NCBI GenBank assembly: GCA_964626135.1
Contig: CAZVEZ010000001.1
Coordinates: forward strand, 18,955 to 82,954
Source of the DNA: an uncultured Nitrospira sp.
GTDB lineage: Bacteria > Nitrospirota > Nitrospiria > Nitrospirales > Nitrospiraceae
Direction: 5' to 3'
Length of the DNA: 64,000 bases
Below are positions 1-9,116 of this stretch, piece after piece; within the stretch, counting starts at the first letter, position 1, and each line of letters begins with the position of its first letter. The notes below the pieces were generated by a model. The model saw nothing but the letters and a program-made list of their open reading frames with translations. It was not told the DNA's origin and made no database searches. The position numbers were made by a program, and so were the translations under genes.

Positions 1-85
1 AGGTTAGACGGCCGATTCGCTTGTGCCTCCCGACCGGGTGCATGCACGGGATCAATCGAAGGAATAGCGGATGCCACAATATCGC

Positions 86-748
86 TTACACGATTTGGCC
101 ATCCTGCATATGCACGATCCGGTCAGCTTGGTCGGATAGTTTATCGTTATGGGTGACGATGACGAAGGTCGTCCCGCGGGCTTTGTTCAGTTCACGCATC
201 ATCGCAAAGAGCGCCTCGCCCGTATGCGTATCCAAATTCCCTGTCGGCTCATCCGCCAATACGAGATCGGGTTTCTGCAGCAGCGCTCGCGCGACCGCTA
301 CACGCTGTTGCTCGCCGCCCGACAATTCACCGGGCTTGTGGTGCAATCGAGCTCCCAGTCCGACCTCTTGCAACAAGGCGATGGCTTCTGGTTCAACATC
401 CACCGGATTCCGTCGCTGAATCAGCGCCGGCATACAGGTATTTTCGAGCGCAGTGAATTCCGGCAGAAGATGATGGAACTGGAAGACAAATCCGATACGC
501 CGATTTCGAAAGTCCGCTTGTTCGCCTTGCGACAGTTGGAACATATCCTGGCCGTCGAAGCGAACTGTCCCTGAAGTGGGACGATCCAGCGTTCCTATAA
601 TATGGAGCAGCGTGCTTTTCCCGGCTCCGGAAGCCCCGACGATCGCAATCAACTCTCCCCGCTGAATCTGTAGAGTGACGCCTTTCAGCACCGTAAGGGT
701 CTGTCCGGCCATTGGGAATGATTTGTACAGGTCGGTGACGGTGATCAT
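86..748 (-). CDS. lolD: Lipoprotein-releasing system ATP-binding protein LolD (ABC ATPase)
   Basis: The translation MITVTDLYKSF... carries Walker A GASGAGKST, ABC signature LSGGEQQR and Walker B LVLADEPT. It lies directly downstream of a LolC/E-type permease. The track ORF 86..865 was trimmed to the ATG at 748, because the extra 39 codons overlap the permease gene end at 795. Confidence 0.85.
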   Translation of the reverse strand: MITVTDLYKSFPMAGQTLTVLKGVTLQIQRGELIAIVGASGAGKSTLLHIIGTLDRPTSGTVRFDGQDMFQLSQGEQADFRNRRIGFVFQFHHLLPEFTALENTCMPALIQRRNPVDVEPEAIALLQEVGLGARLHHKPGELSGGEQQRVAVARALLQKPDLVLADEPTGNLDTHTGEALFAMMRELNKARGTTFVIVTHNDKLSDQADRIVHMQDGQIV

Positions 749-794
749 GCCGGAACTCCAGAATGGACGAGTACTGATGGAGAAGTCGGCATGG

Positions 795-2075
795 TCATTC
801 GTAGCGCAGCGCGGCCACTGGTTCGAGCTTGGCTGCCTGGAGCGAGGGATAGACCGTCGCGGCAAAACTAATCAGAATTGCCGAGCCCGCCACAAGGAGG
901 ACATCCAGCGCTTGTATGTGAACAGGAATTCGAGAAATGTAATAGACCGTGGGATCGAAGGTCCAAAATGTTTGGATCAGCCAGAGAAACGCGTAGCCGA
1001 GAGGAATGCCGATGGCGGTTCCGGACAGGCCGATGATCAATCCGTTCAGCATGAAAATGTGCCGAATGCTTTTGCGTGTCGCGCCCATGGCCTTGAGGAT
1101 CGCGATTTCCTTCTGTTTTTCCGTGACGATCATGGTGAGAGTGCTCACGATGTTGAAGGACGCGACGATCGTGATCAGCACCAACAACAGAAACATCATC
1201 GTTTTTTCGAGCTTGAGCGCCGAGAACAGATTGCGATTCATCTGCATCCAGTCGCGCGCGCCATAGGCGAAGCCGAGGGACTGCTCCACGGAACGGGCTG
1301 TCTCCGCTGCCTGGAACACGTCCGTGACTTTGATTTCAATGCCGGTCACGGTCTGCCCCATATTAAAAAACTTTTGCGCCTCCGCGATGTCGATGTAGGC
1401 CAATGAGGAATCGTATTCGTACATGCCGGATTGAAAGAGCGCGACCAATACGAAGGTTCTGATTTTCGGCACCATGCCTATCGCACTGATAGGACCGGCT
1501 GGAGGAGACACCACATTGACTGTGTCACCCACAAAGACGCCGAGGCGCATGGCCAATTCCTTGCCCAGGATGATGCCGGGTTTTTCTGTTTCGACCAGCG
1601 GGCCCGTCGGGTCATCAACGGGCGGTTGCCTCACCTTGACCGGTCGACTGAGATCGTCTAACTGTCCGGTCGAGAGATTTTTGGCCAGTTCGGTCACCAT
1701 GCCCTCGCGTTGTGGATCGATGCCGCGGATGACGATGCCTTGCACCGCGGTCTGGGTCGTGAGCAAGACCTGTTTGAGTACAAAGGGGGTTGCCGCCACG
1801 ACACCCGGCACGGTTGCGACCTGCTTGGTGACAGGGTCGTAATCGCTCATGTTGTCCTTCATCCGATCCTGCACGATTATATGGGCTGTCGTCCCAAGAA
1901 TTTTGGCCTGAATGTCCTCCTTAAACCCGGTCATGATGCCGACAGTCCCGATAAGGGCCGCCACACCGAGGGTGATGCCGGCAATGGAGACCACCGTGTT
2001 CAAGGAAATCGTCCGATTCCGACGCTTCGCGCGGAGATACCGCAACCCGACAAAGATTTCGTAGGGGAGAGCCAC
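795..2075 (-). CDS. Lipoprotein-releasing system transmembrane permease, LolC/LolE family
   Basis: The 426-aa product starts MALPYEIFVGLRYLRAKRRNRTISL, a typical LolC/E (FtsX-like/MacB-type) N-terminus. It has a large periplasmic domain between TM1 and TM2 and a C-terminal FtsX-type TM bundle. It is adjacent to lolD. Confidence 0.85.
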   Translation of the reverse strand: MALPYEIFVGLRYLRAKRRNRTISLNTVVSIAGITLGVAALIGTVGIMTGFKEDIQAKILGTTAHIIVQDRMKDNMSDYDPVTKQVATVPGVVAATPFVLKQVLLTTQTAVQGIVIRGIDPQREGMVTELAKNLSTGQLDDLSRPVKVRQPPVDDPTGPLVETEKPGIILGKELAMRLGVFVGDTVNVVSPPAGPISAIGMVPKIRTFVLVALFQSGMYEYDSSLAYIDIAEAQKFFNMGQTVTGIEIKVTDVFQAAETARSVEQSLGFAYGARDWMQMNRNLFSALKLEKTMMFLLLVLITIVASFNIVSTLTMIVTEKQKEIAILKAMGATRKSIRHIFMLNGLIIGLSGTAIGIPLGYAFLWLIQTFWTFDPTVYYISRIPVHIQALDVLLVAGSAILISFAATVYPSLQAAKLEPVAALRYE

Positions 2076-2077
2076 CG

Positions 2078-3559
2078 TTACTTCTCTGGTCTCAGTTGTG
2101 GAAAGAGGACCACGTCGCGGATCGAGGCCTGGTTGGTAAAAAGCATAATCAGCCGGTCGATGCCGATGCCTTCGCCCGCGGTCGGCGGCATGCCGTATTC
2201 CAAGGCGCGCAGGAAGTCTTCGTCGACGAGATGCGCCTCTTCGTCGCCCGCAGCCCGCTGCGCGGCTTGCCGCTCAAACCGCTCACGTTGATCCAGAGGA
2301 TCGTTCAACTCTGAAAAGGCATTCGCGATCTCCCGGCCGGCAATGTAGAGTTCAAAGCGGTCGGTCAACGCTGGGTTTGAATCTTTACGCCGTGCGAGCG
2401 GGGAAATCTCAATCGGGTAGTCCGTAATGAACGTCGGCTGCTGCAAATTCGGCTCGACGGTTTCCTCGAAGATTTCGTTGACGATATTGAAGAGCGGCCA
2501 TTTCGGATCAACCGCGATGCCGAGCCGTTTTGCCGCCGCCATCGCGCAGTCTTTGTCTGCGAGAGCAGAGGGATCGAGGTTGTTGACCTCCAGAATCGCC
2601 TGATGATACGACCATCGGCGCCACGGAGGCGCGAGCGCGATCTCTTTGCCCTGATAGTCAATGGTCGTCTTGCCGAGGACCTGTTGGGCCAACGATGAGA
2701 CGAGTTCTTCCGTGAGGATGATCAAGTCCTGATAGTCGGCGTACGATACGTAGAACTCCAGCATCGTGAATTCCGGGTTATGAATCGTCGAGATTCCTTC
2801 GTTCCGGAAGTTGCGATTGATTTCAAACACGCGTGGAAATCCGCCCACGATCAACCGTTTCAAATAGAGTTCCGGGGCGATGCGGAGATAGAGATCGACG
2901 CCGAGCGCATTATGGTGAGTGACAAAGGGTTTCGCTGCAGCCCCTCCTGGAATCGGATGCATCATCGGCGTTTCAACCTCAAGGAAGCCTCGTTCAATTA
3001 AGAAGGCGCGAATGCCGGCGATGATTCTACTGCGCGTGGCAAAGATGCCGTGGACCTCAGGATTGGCGATCAAGTCGACATAACGCTGCCGGTAGCGGGT
3101 TTCCACATCCGTCAGCCCGTGCCACTTTTCCGGAAGGGGTCTGAGAGCCTTGCTCAAGAAGGTCAGCTGTGTGACGTCGACGGTGAATTCATCGGTCTTT
3201 GTGCGAAAGAGGGTGCCGGTGACGCCGATCCAATCACCCAAGTCGAGTAGCTCGGCGATGCGATAGCCCTGTTCTGAGAGATGATCTTTCTTCAGATAGA
3301 CCTGAAGCCGGTCGGATCCGTCTTGCAGGACGGCAAAGCCGGCCTTGCCGAATCGCCGGAGCGCGACGATGCGTCCCGCAATGGTGCAGGGAATTTTTTC
3401 TGTTTCCAGTACGTCTTTGGTTTTTTCGGCATGGAGCTTGATCAGTTGGCTCGTGCGATTCTTTACCTCGAATCGCGTTCCGTAGGGTGCGACTCCCGCT
3501 TCGCGCAACGCGTCAAGCTTCTTGATGCGTTGTTGTTGCTGTTCGTTCAGTTCGTCCAT
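2078..3559 (-). CDS. lysS: Lysine--tRNA ligase (class II)
   Basis: The 493-aa product has an N-terminal OB anticodon-binding region ([19 protein letters not shown]). Class II motifs are present: [20 protein letters not shown] and [14 protein letters not shown]. Confidence 0.95.
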   Translation of the reverse strand: MDELNEQQQQRIKKLDALREAGVAPYGTRFEVKNRTSQLIKLHAEKTKDVLETEKIPCTIAGRIVALRRFGKAGFAVLQDGSDRLQVYLKKDHLSEQGYRIAELLDLGDWIGVTGTLFRTKTDEFTVDVTQLTFLSKALRPLPEKWHGLTDVETRYRQRYVDLIANPEVHGIFATRSRIIAGIRAFLIERGFLEVETPMMHPIPGGAAAKPFVTHHNALGVDLYLRIAPELYLKRLIVGGFPRVFEINRNFRNEGISTIHNPEFTMLEFYVSYADYQDLIILTEELVSSLAQQVLGKTTIDYQGKEIALAPPWRRWSYHQAILEVNNLDPSALADKDCAMAAAKRLGIAVDPKWPLFNIVNEIFEETVEPNLQQPTFITDYPIEISPLARRKDSNPALTDRFELYIAGREIANAFSELNDPLDQRERFERQAAQRAAGDEEAHLVDEDFLRALEYGMPPTAGEGIGIDRLIMLFTNQASIRDVVLFPQLRPEK

Positions 3560-3591
3560 GATAGGGGTGCCTGTACCGATACGTTCCTTGC

Positions 3592-4741
3592 TTAACTGTC
3601 GAACTCGTCAGCTTCCGACTGTTGATAGCTGAGCGCCGTGATCCCGCGCTGCTTCATTTTCAGATAGGACTCGATAAAGCCATCTAGATCTCCGTCCATG
3701 ACGGCGGCCACCTGACCTACTTGGTAGCCGGTCCGGTGATCTTTGACCATTTGATAGGGTTGGAAGACATACGAGCGAATTTGGCTGCCCCAGGCGATAT
3801 CCTTCTTTTCGCCGACGATCGCATTGAACTCCGCTTCTTTTTTTTTCATTTCGAGTTCATAGAGACGGGCCTTCAGGACCTTCATGGCGCCGTTGCGATT
3901 CTGGAGTTGCGACCGTTCGTTTTGACATTGCACCACAATCCCGGTCGGCAAGTGCGTTATGCGGATGGCCGTTTCAACCTTGTTGACGTTCTGACCGCCG
4001 GCGCCGCCGGCTCGAAAAGTATCGATCTTAAGGTCTTTGTCTTCGATCACCAGGTCGATATCCTCATCGACCTCAGGATAGACGAATACCGAAGCAAAAG
4101 AGGTATGTCGCCGCTTGTTTGCATCAAAGGGTGAAATGCGCACCAACCGGTGCACGCCTGCCTCGGCTTTGAGATAACCGTAGGCATAGGCTCCCGTCAC
4201 GGACAGCGTCACACTTTTCACGCCCGCTTCTTCTCCTGGAAGCAGGTCCAGCGTTTCGATCTTGAATTTCTTGCTTTCGGCCCAACGGACGTACATGCGG
4301 AGCAGCATCTGGGCCCAATCCTGCGATTCCGTTCCGCCAGCGCCGGGATGGATAGCCATAATCGCGTTGTTGGGGTCCAGTTCACCCGAGAGCAGAAGTT
4401 CCAGCCGCAAGGCGGCGAGTTTCGGCTCGATCTGACCCAGTTCGAGCGTCAACTCCTTCGCGAGTCCTGCGTCGCCGCTTTCTTCTGCCAACTCGAGTAA
4501 TGCGCCCAGATCGTTTTTCTTCTCGTCGATCTCACGCCACTGCTGGAGGTCGCGCTCGATCGTGGATTTCTTCCGGCTGATCTTGGCGGCCTTCTGAGCG
4601 TGACTCCAAAAGTCCGGTTGCGACGTCTGTTCATCCAGATGTGCCAGTTCGGCGGTCATGCGAGCAAAGTCAAAGATGCCCCCGTAGTTCTATAATCAAC
4701 TGTTCGACGGCACGCACGCGATTCTTTATCTCATCTAACAT
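3592..4741 (-). CDS. prfB: Peptide chain release factor 2, expressed via programmed +1 frameshift (complement join 4741..4673, 4671..3592)
   Basis: The main frame contains SPF (RISPFDANK) and GGQ ([12 protein letters not shown]). Upstream, a 23-codon frame-0 leader [23 protein letters not shown] ends in CTT TGA C at 4675..4669, and the downstream frame continues with [12 protein letters not shown]. Confidence 0.9.
4669..4684 (-). promoter_or_regulatory. prfB autoregulatory +1 ribosomal frameshift site
   Basis: The minus strand reads CGG GGG CAT CTT TGA C. An SD-like GGGGG lies 3 nt upstream of the slippery CTT, followed by an in-frame TGA and C. This is the canonical RF2 recoding cassette. 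Confidence 0.9.
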
Positions 4742-4758
4742 AGACCGGTCCTTTCACG

Positions 4759-6393
4759 TTATATCGGAGTGGCTGCTATGGCGTCGGGCTCAGGTTCCTT
4801 CGTGCGGAAAAGGCCGAACAGAAACAGAAGCGCGCAGATTATAGCACAGCCGTAGGCAAACACATCGCCGTGCCGGCTGTAAAACGTATCCGGGCGCCAG
4901 ACCTGTAGCGTCGCCTTAACTGCCTGTTCGGTGAAGATCGGCGTCGCTTCGACAATACGCCCGAACGGATCGACGAACCCGGAAATGCCGGTGTTGGCCG
5001 AACGAGCGAAGGCCAAATGATTCTCGACCGAACGAAAGACCACCATCGCGAAGTGTTGCGAGGGCGCCGACGAGTGACCAAACCAGGCATCGTTTGTCAC
5101 GGTGACCAGGAACTCCGCCCCATTTGCAGCGAGTCGCCGCACCAGATTTGGGAAGATCACTTCGTAGCAGATCGCGACACCGAAATTCGCCGGTCTCGGT
5201 GTGGTCCCTGCCATGTTTTCCACAGAAGACTGAGCCTTTGGTGTGACGGTCAGGATTGTCGGACCTGGCCCCGCTTCGAAATCGCCGATCCCTTCCACCA
5301 ATTTGTCGAGAAAAGACAGGAGCGAGGATTTGAAAGGAATATATTCTCCGAATGGCACCAGATGCTGTTTGTCGTAGCGCCCCAACAGCTGGCCGTCAGG
5401 AGAGAGAAGGTACGCACTGTTCAACAGATAGGGCCGCTGGTCCGGATAGAAACGCAGGGCGGGGCTTCCAAACAAGATCGGTGTCTGAGCGCGATTGGCC
5501 ATCGCAATAAGTTGGAGCTGATAGATCGGCTCACGCTCGAAGACAAACGGTGTCGCTGCCTCCGGCCAGACCATCAAATCTGTGGTACGTCCGAGCTGGG
5601 CTGTCAGGCGGTCGAAGCGAGTGAGCGTTTCTTCTCGATAGGCGGTATCCCACTTTACCGCCTGATCGACGTTCGGCTGCACAACTCCCACGCTGACGGT
5701 CGACCGGGGAATATCAGTGAACGGCGCGCCGGATAATACTCCAAGACCATATTCCCATGAGAGCATCACGAGCAATGCAGTCATCGCTGCGAGTTCCCAG
5801 GGGAGTTTTGCCGGACGAAATCCCCGGCGTAGTGGCATCAACCAGGATAGGAATTCGGCTACTGCGACATTGACCAGCACAATGAGGAAGGAGACTCCGT
5901 ATACCCCCAGGTGATCCGCAATCTGGATCATCTCTATCAGACGATATTGAGAATACCCGAGGAGGCCCCAGGGCAATCCGCTCAGCACATAGGTCCGGAT
6001 CAGTTCGAGAGTCACCCACAAGCAGGGAACCGCAAAGAGACCGTAGCGAGGGATCAAGGTCTGAAGCCACACGGTGCCGGCGGCATAGAAGCCGATATAG
6101 AGTCCGAGATAGGCTGTGAGCAGCAGCATGAGGCCGTAGCTGACTACGAGAGGGACCTTGCCGTAGGTATTCATGGCGGTGACCACCCAGGCCATCATGC
6201 CGGTAAAGGCAATCGTACCGGATAGCCAACCAATCCAAAATGCTTGCAGTTTGCTTTTGCCGTCTAATGCCCAATGCAACGGCACGAGGGCGATCCAGGC
6301 CAACAGCCCGAGATCGGATTTTGGGAAGCTCAGCGGTATGAAAAGCCCGCTCGCGCCGGCAAGGACAAGTGAACGCGCGAGGGAATGGGTCAT
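4759..6393 (-). CDS. lnt: Apolipoprotein N-acyltransferase
   Basis: A multi-TM N-terminal half is followed by a C-terminal CN-hydrolase (nitrilase-type) domain (VICYE, TNDAWFG). The start was set at MTHSLARSLVLAG (ATG 6393) rather than the track start at 6507. A GGTG SD-like element lies upstream. Confidence 0.85.
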   Translation of the reverse strand: MTHSLARSLVLAGASGLFIPLSFPKSDLGLLAWIALVPLHWALDGKSKLQAFWIGWLSGTIAFTGMMAWVVTAMNTYGKVPLVVSYGLMLLLTAYLGLYIGFYAAGTVWLQTLIPRYGLFAVPCLWVTLELIRTYVLSGLPWGLLGYSQYRLIEMIQIADHLGVYGVSFLIVLVNVAVAEFLSWLMPLRRGFRPAKLPWELAAMTALLVMLSWEYGLGVLSGAPFTDIPRSTVSVGVVQPNVDQAVKWDTAYREETLTRFDRLTAQLGRTTDLMVWPEAATPFVFEREPIYQLQLIAMANRAQTPILFGSPALRFYPDQRPYLLNSAYLLSPDGQLLGRYDKQHLVPFGEYIPFKSSLLSFLDKLVEGIGDFEAGPGPTILTVTPKAQSSVENMAGTTPRPANFGVAICYEVIFPNLVRRLAANGAEFLVTVTNDAWFGHSSAPSQHFAMVVFRSVENHLAFARSANTGISGFVDPFGRIVEATPIFTEQAVKATLQVWRPDTFYSRHGDVFAYGCAIICALLFLFGLFRTKEPEPDAIAATPI

Positions 6394-6606
6394 GAACCGC
6401 ACCTTATCGAAAGCCGGAGATGGATGCAACTTCCTGTTCGAAGATGAACGGCTCGGGTATATACCGTCATGGAAGAGGGGAGGAATCTTGGGTTGACGGG
6501 CATCCATTGATTCCTTATAAGATAAGCGTGACGATTAGGCCTTCCACACCCATGAGGTAGTGGAAATAGGCCAAGATCATTCGGACTTGATGCAATCGCG
6601 CGGTCA

Positions 6607-7200
6607 ATGAACACGACAACGGGAGGCCATGCCATGGATCGAAGAGTTATCAGCCTGTGTCTGAGTCTGAGCGTCATGCTTTTGTTTGCAGCCTGTTCCG
6701 GTAAAAATATCTCCTCATCCGGAGACGCCGCTTCACAGGCAGGACAGGGCAAGACCGAAGCGGTCCTGCCGGACGCAATCAAAACAATACCGCCGGAGCG
6801 TTCGGTTGAACGGCAAGCCGGCAGCTCGCCGTCCAACCTCTCGCCCGAGCCGGGTACTCTTTCCGGCGGCAATGTATTAGCCGACGTGTTTTTCGATTAC
6901 GACCGTTTTCAAATTCGTATGGACGACATGTCGGTGTTGGACGCGAATGCCAGATGGCTTCGCGCCAATGGGAGCAAGACCGTGCTGATTGAAGGCCATT
7001 GCGATGAGCGAGGCACCGTGGCGTACAACCTGGTTCTGGGCGAGAAACGGGCACGTGCCGCCAAGAAATATCTCCAGGATATGGGTATCCAGGCTTCGCA
7101 ACTCCAGATCATAAGCTACGGAGAAACGAAGCCTTTCTGCAAGCAGGCGAACGAAGATTGTTATCAACAGAATCGGCGCGCGCATTTCGTAATGAAATAG
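6607..7200 (+). CDS. pal: Peptidoglycan-associated lipoprotein (OmpA-family C-terminal domain)
   Basis: A signal peptide with lipobox LFAAC|SG is followed by a low-complexity linker. The OmpA_C domain reads FDYDRFQIR...LIEGHCDERGTVAYNLVLGEKRA...SYGETKP. The true start may be the internal ATG at 6634 (MDRRVISL). Confidence 0.8.
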   Translation: MNTTTGGHAMDRRVISLCLSLSVMLLFAACSGKNISSSGDAASQAGQGKTEAVLPDAIKTIPPERSVERQAGSSPSNLSPEPGTLSGGNVLADVFFDYDRFQIRMDDMSVLDANARWLRANGSKTVLIEGHCDERGTVAYNLVLGEKRARAAKKYLQDMGIQASQLQIISYGETKPFCKQANEDCYQQNRRAHFVMK

Positions 7201-7268
7201 GCCGTAGTACACGTCTCAACGGAGACCTGTATCAGTGATAAGTTGATGGCAACGCGAAGGAGGAATTT

Positions 7269-7892
7269 ATGATGTATTCTCGTCTCGTAGCGATCGGGTT
7301 CCTCGGGAGCATCATTATTGCGACCGGCTGTGCCGGGAAGGGGGAACGCATCGATCTGAAGGTCCCCATTGCGAACGGAACCGATGAAAAAGTCGTCACG
7401 ATGCGTACAGCAGCCGTCTCGATCCTGCCTTTTGCGGACAATCGCACGGATCGGTTACACCTCGGCACAAGGCAGCATCTATGGGGTGGAGAGAGTCATT
7501 TCAGCCTTCCCAGCGGCTCTCTCAGCGAGACCACAGCGCAGGGGTTTGCCGATTATCTTAAGAGTAAAGGCTGGAATGCGACCGTTGTCAAAGGCAACGG
7601 AGCGGCTGGAGCAGATATAACCATCACAGGCCAACTTATCGATGTCGTCGTGGATGCCAAAAGCGGGATCGGGCGGACTACTCTTAACGCCAAGAATCGA
7701 TTGGTTGTCCATGTGAAGAATCATGCTGACGGCAGTCAAATTCGTGAGACTCTTACCAGTACCGGGACTAACGAGGTCTTCTGGTTCGACCCAGAGGATG
7801 CCCAGGCATTGCTCAACGAGCTCTACAACAAGAATTTTGAAAAGTTTGTGACGGACACCACACTCGACGGCAAACTCCTGAAGCTCCGATAA
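7269..7892 (+). CDS. Lipoprotein of unknown function
   Basis: The 207-aa product has an N-terminal signal with lipobox IATGC|AG. An AGGAGG SD lies upstream. I recognise no catalytic motif. Confidence 0.6.
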   Translation: MMYSRLVAIGFLGSIIIATGCAGKGERIDLKVPIANGTDEKVVTMRTAAVSILPFADNRTDRLHLGTRQHLWGGESHFSLPSGSLSETTAQGFADYLKSKGWNATVVKGNGAAGADITITGQLIDVVVDAKSGIGRTTLNAKNRLVVHVKNHADGSQIRETLTSTGTNEVFWFDPEDAQALLNELYNKNFEKFVTDTTLDGKLLKLR

Positions 7893-7975
7893 TTGGTCGG
7901 CCTCTCTCCCTACGGTGGGCGCCTTGTGATGTGAGGGCGTACGCCTTTAGCATCATATTTAAGTCGTAGCGGTAT

Positions 7976-8323
7976 ATGAACGGTTTGGATGATATGGATC
8001 GACGAACGCTTCGTCGGGTACCGGCACAGTTGCAGGGGTTTCTGCTGGGAAACTCGCATGAGATCGAAGCGGTCACTCTCGATATCTCAGTCGGTGGCGC
8101 CAGATTTGATTGTGATCTTGAAGTCTACCCCGGCAAGGTGATCCGGGTGCGATTGGTCATTCCCGGCGCCGACGGGACGGTTTCGATCGAAGACGCATGC
8201 GTACAGTGGGTCGGAGAGGGTACATTTGGAGTTTCGTTTCGGAACATCCAACCGGTTGAGTTGGATGAACTCGAACAGCTTATCAACGAATACGGAGAGA
8301 CCGAAGATAGCGGCCACGCATAG
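7976..8323 (+). CDS. Single-domain PilZ protein (putative c-di-GMP receptor)
   Basis: The 115-aa product carries both PilZ signature elements: RRTLRR (RxxxR) followed about 25 residues later by DISVGG (D/NxSxxG). Confidence 0.75.
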   Translation: MNGLDDMDRRTLRRVPAQLQGFLLGNSHEIEAVTLDISVGGARFDCDLEVYPGKVIRVRLVIPGADGTVSIEDACVQWVGEGTFGVSFRNIQPVELDELEQLINEYGETEDSGHA

Positions 8324-8470
8324 CAGATTGCGAGAAAATCATGCTCGACAATCCGATAGTTAAACGGTCTGTAGGTCTGGGATATCGAACCCAGAACTTC
8401 GATTCGTGTTTTACGCACCACAGCCTGTGGCGCTGGAAGACTTTTTAAGTTTTTGAGTAGTGTCTCGGTC

Positions 8471-8499
8471 TTGACTGATCCGCATCAGAAGAATATCGT
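8471..8499 (+). promoter_or_regulatory. Sigma70-like promoter (TTGACT-17 nt-TATCGT) inside a convergent intergenic region
   Basis: The -35 element TTGACT is at 8471..8476, the spacer is exactly 17 nt, and the -10 element TATCGT is at 8494..8499. No annotated plus-strand CDS follows it before the terminator at 8593..8626. Confidence 0.4.
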
Positions 8500-8505
8500 A
8501 TTCCT

Positions 8506-8626
8506 GTGAAGGGAGCTTAATGCCCCGAGGGTGTATGGTTCATCGGGGGATCAAGCTACCCAAATCCTTCTTCAAGCGAATTGAAAAACAAACGGGGGAG
8601 CCGGCTGAAGCCGGCTCCCCCGTTTT
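8506..8626 (+). ncRNA. Candidate orphan small RNA (about 120 nt), predicted from promoter plus intrinsic terminator only
   Basis: It is bounded by the promoter above and by a GC-rich hairpin at 8593..8622 followed by TTTT. An internal hairpin pairs CCCCGA (8523..8528) with TCGGGG (8543..8548). I recognise no family. Confidence 0.3.
8593..8622 (-). terminator. Bidirectional rho-independent terminator
   Basis: CGGGGGAGCCGGC-tgaa-GCCGGCTCCCCCG forms a perfect 13-bp GC-rich stem. It is flanked by an A-tract (8585..8592, giving UUUGUUUUU on the minus strand) and by TTTT (8623..8626). It lies 29 nt downstream of the minus-strand ORF 8651..8875. Confidence 0.8.
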
Positions 8627-8650
8627 ATGACACGAACCGGTGTCAGCAGT

Positions 8651-8875
8651 TTAGTTGTCCGGCAACAGGAGATAGAACGCGATGATGATAATCGGTGCAG
8701 CTACATACATAGCCTTTTTGCCGAAAGCATCGTTGACACCGTAGATCAAAATCGCTGCCATGAAGATATAGTAGAGCATTCCGATTCCTCGATATCCTCC
8801 ACTATGGTCCTCTGCCAGGGCGAGCGCAGGAGTTGCCAGGGTCAATATGGCCCAAAAGGCTGTCAATCGTTTCAT
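8651..8875 (-). CDS. Small membrane protein (74 aa), unknown function
   Basis: A signal-like N-terminus (MKRLTAFWAILTLATPALALA) is followed by two hydrophobic helices. A good SD (AAGGAG, 6-nt spacing) is present, and the strong terminator above follows the gene. Confidence 0.55.
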   Translation of the reverse strand: MKRLTAFWAILTLATPALALAEDHSGGYRGIGMLYYIFMAAILIYGVNDAFGKKAMYVAAPIIIIAFYLLLPDN

Positions 8876-9116
8876 TCCCGTCTCCTTCTCGATGATGTTA
8901 AGTCTTATGACGCCAGTCGATGGCGGCGCCTATTACACAGACAGCAATTCTCGTTTAAGGTTAAGGACACCTTGGCGGCGCAGCCCTATGCCTTAGCAGC
9001 ACTGTACTTTTGGATTAACGAATGCAGTATTCGTATCACAACACACAGTAGACTCGGGCCATTATGTTGCACATTCCATCTTCAGAAGTCAAACTCGCAC
9101 CTTAATGAATAAAGCT

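Noticed and set aside
1-85. A possible start of a further minus-strand gene downstream of lolD.
   Set aside because: Only 85 nt are available. An ATG-led frame exists on the minus strand but has no interpretable motif. I left it unannotated.
675-1406. A 243-aa plus-strand ORF.
   Set aside because: It is antisense to lolD and the lolC/E permease. The same reasoning applies to 11197..12000 (antisense to argC/rpsI), 34126..34800, 35661..36338 and 36561..37133. It also applies to 40535..41257, 53958..54638, 55201..55794 and 37206..37799.
8520-8630. A 36-codon ORF (MPRGCMVHRGIKLPKSFFKRIEKQTGEPAEAGSPVL) inside the candidate sRNA.
   Set aside because: It reads straight through the terminator hairpin, and its stop codon lies after the U-tract. 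A terminated transcript would therefore lack a stop codon. SD spacing is only 4 nt. I kept the region as a possible non-coding RNA instead.
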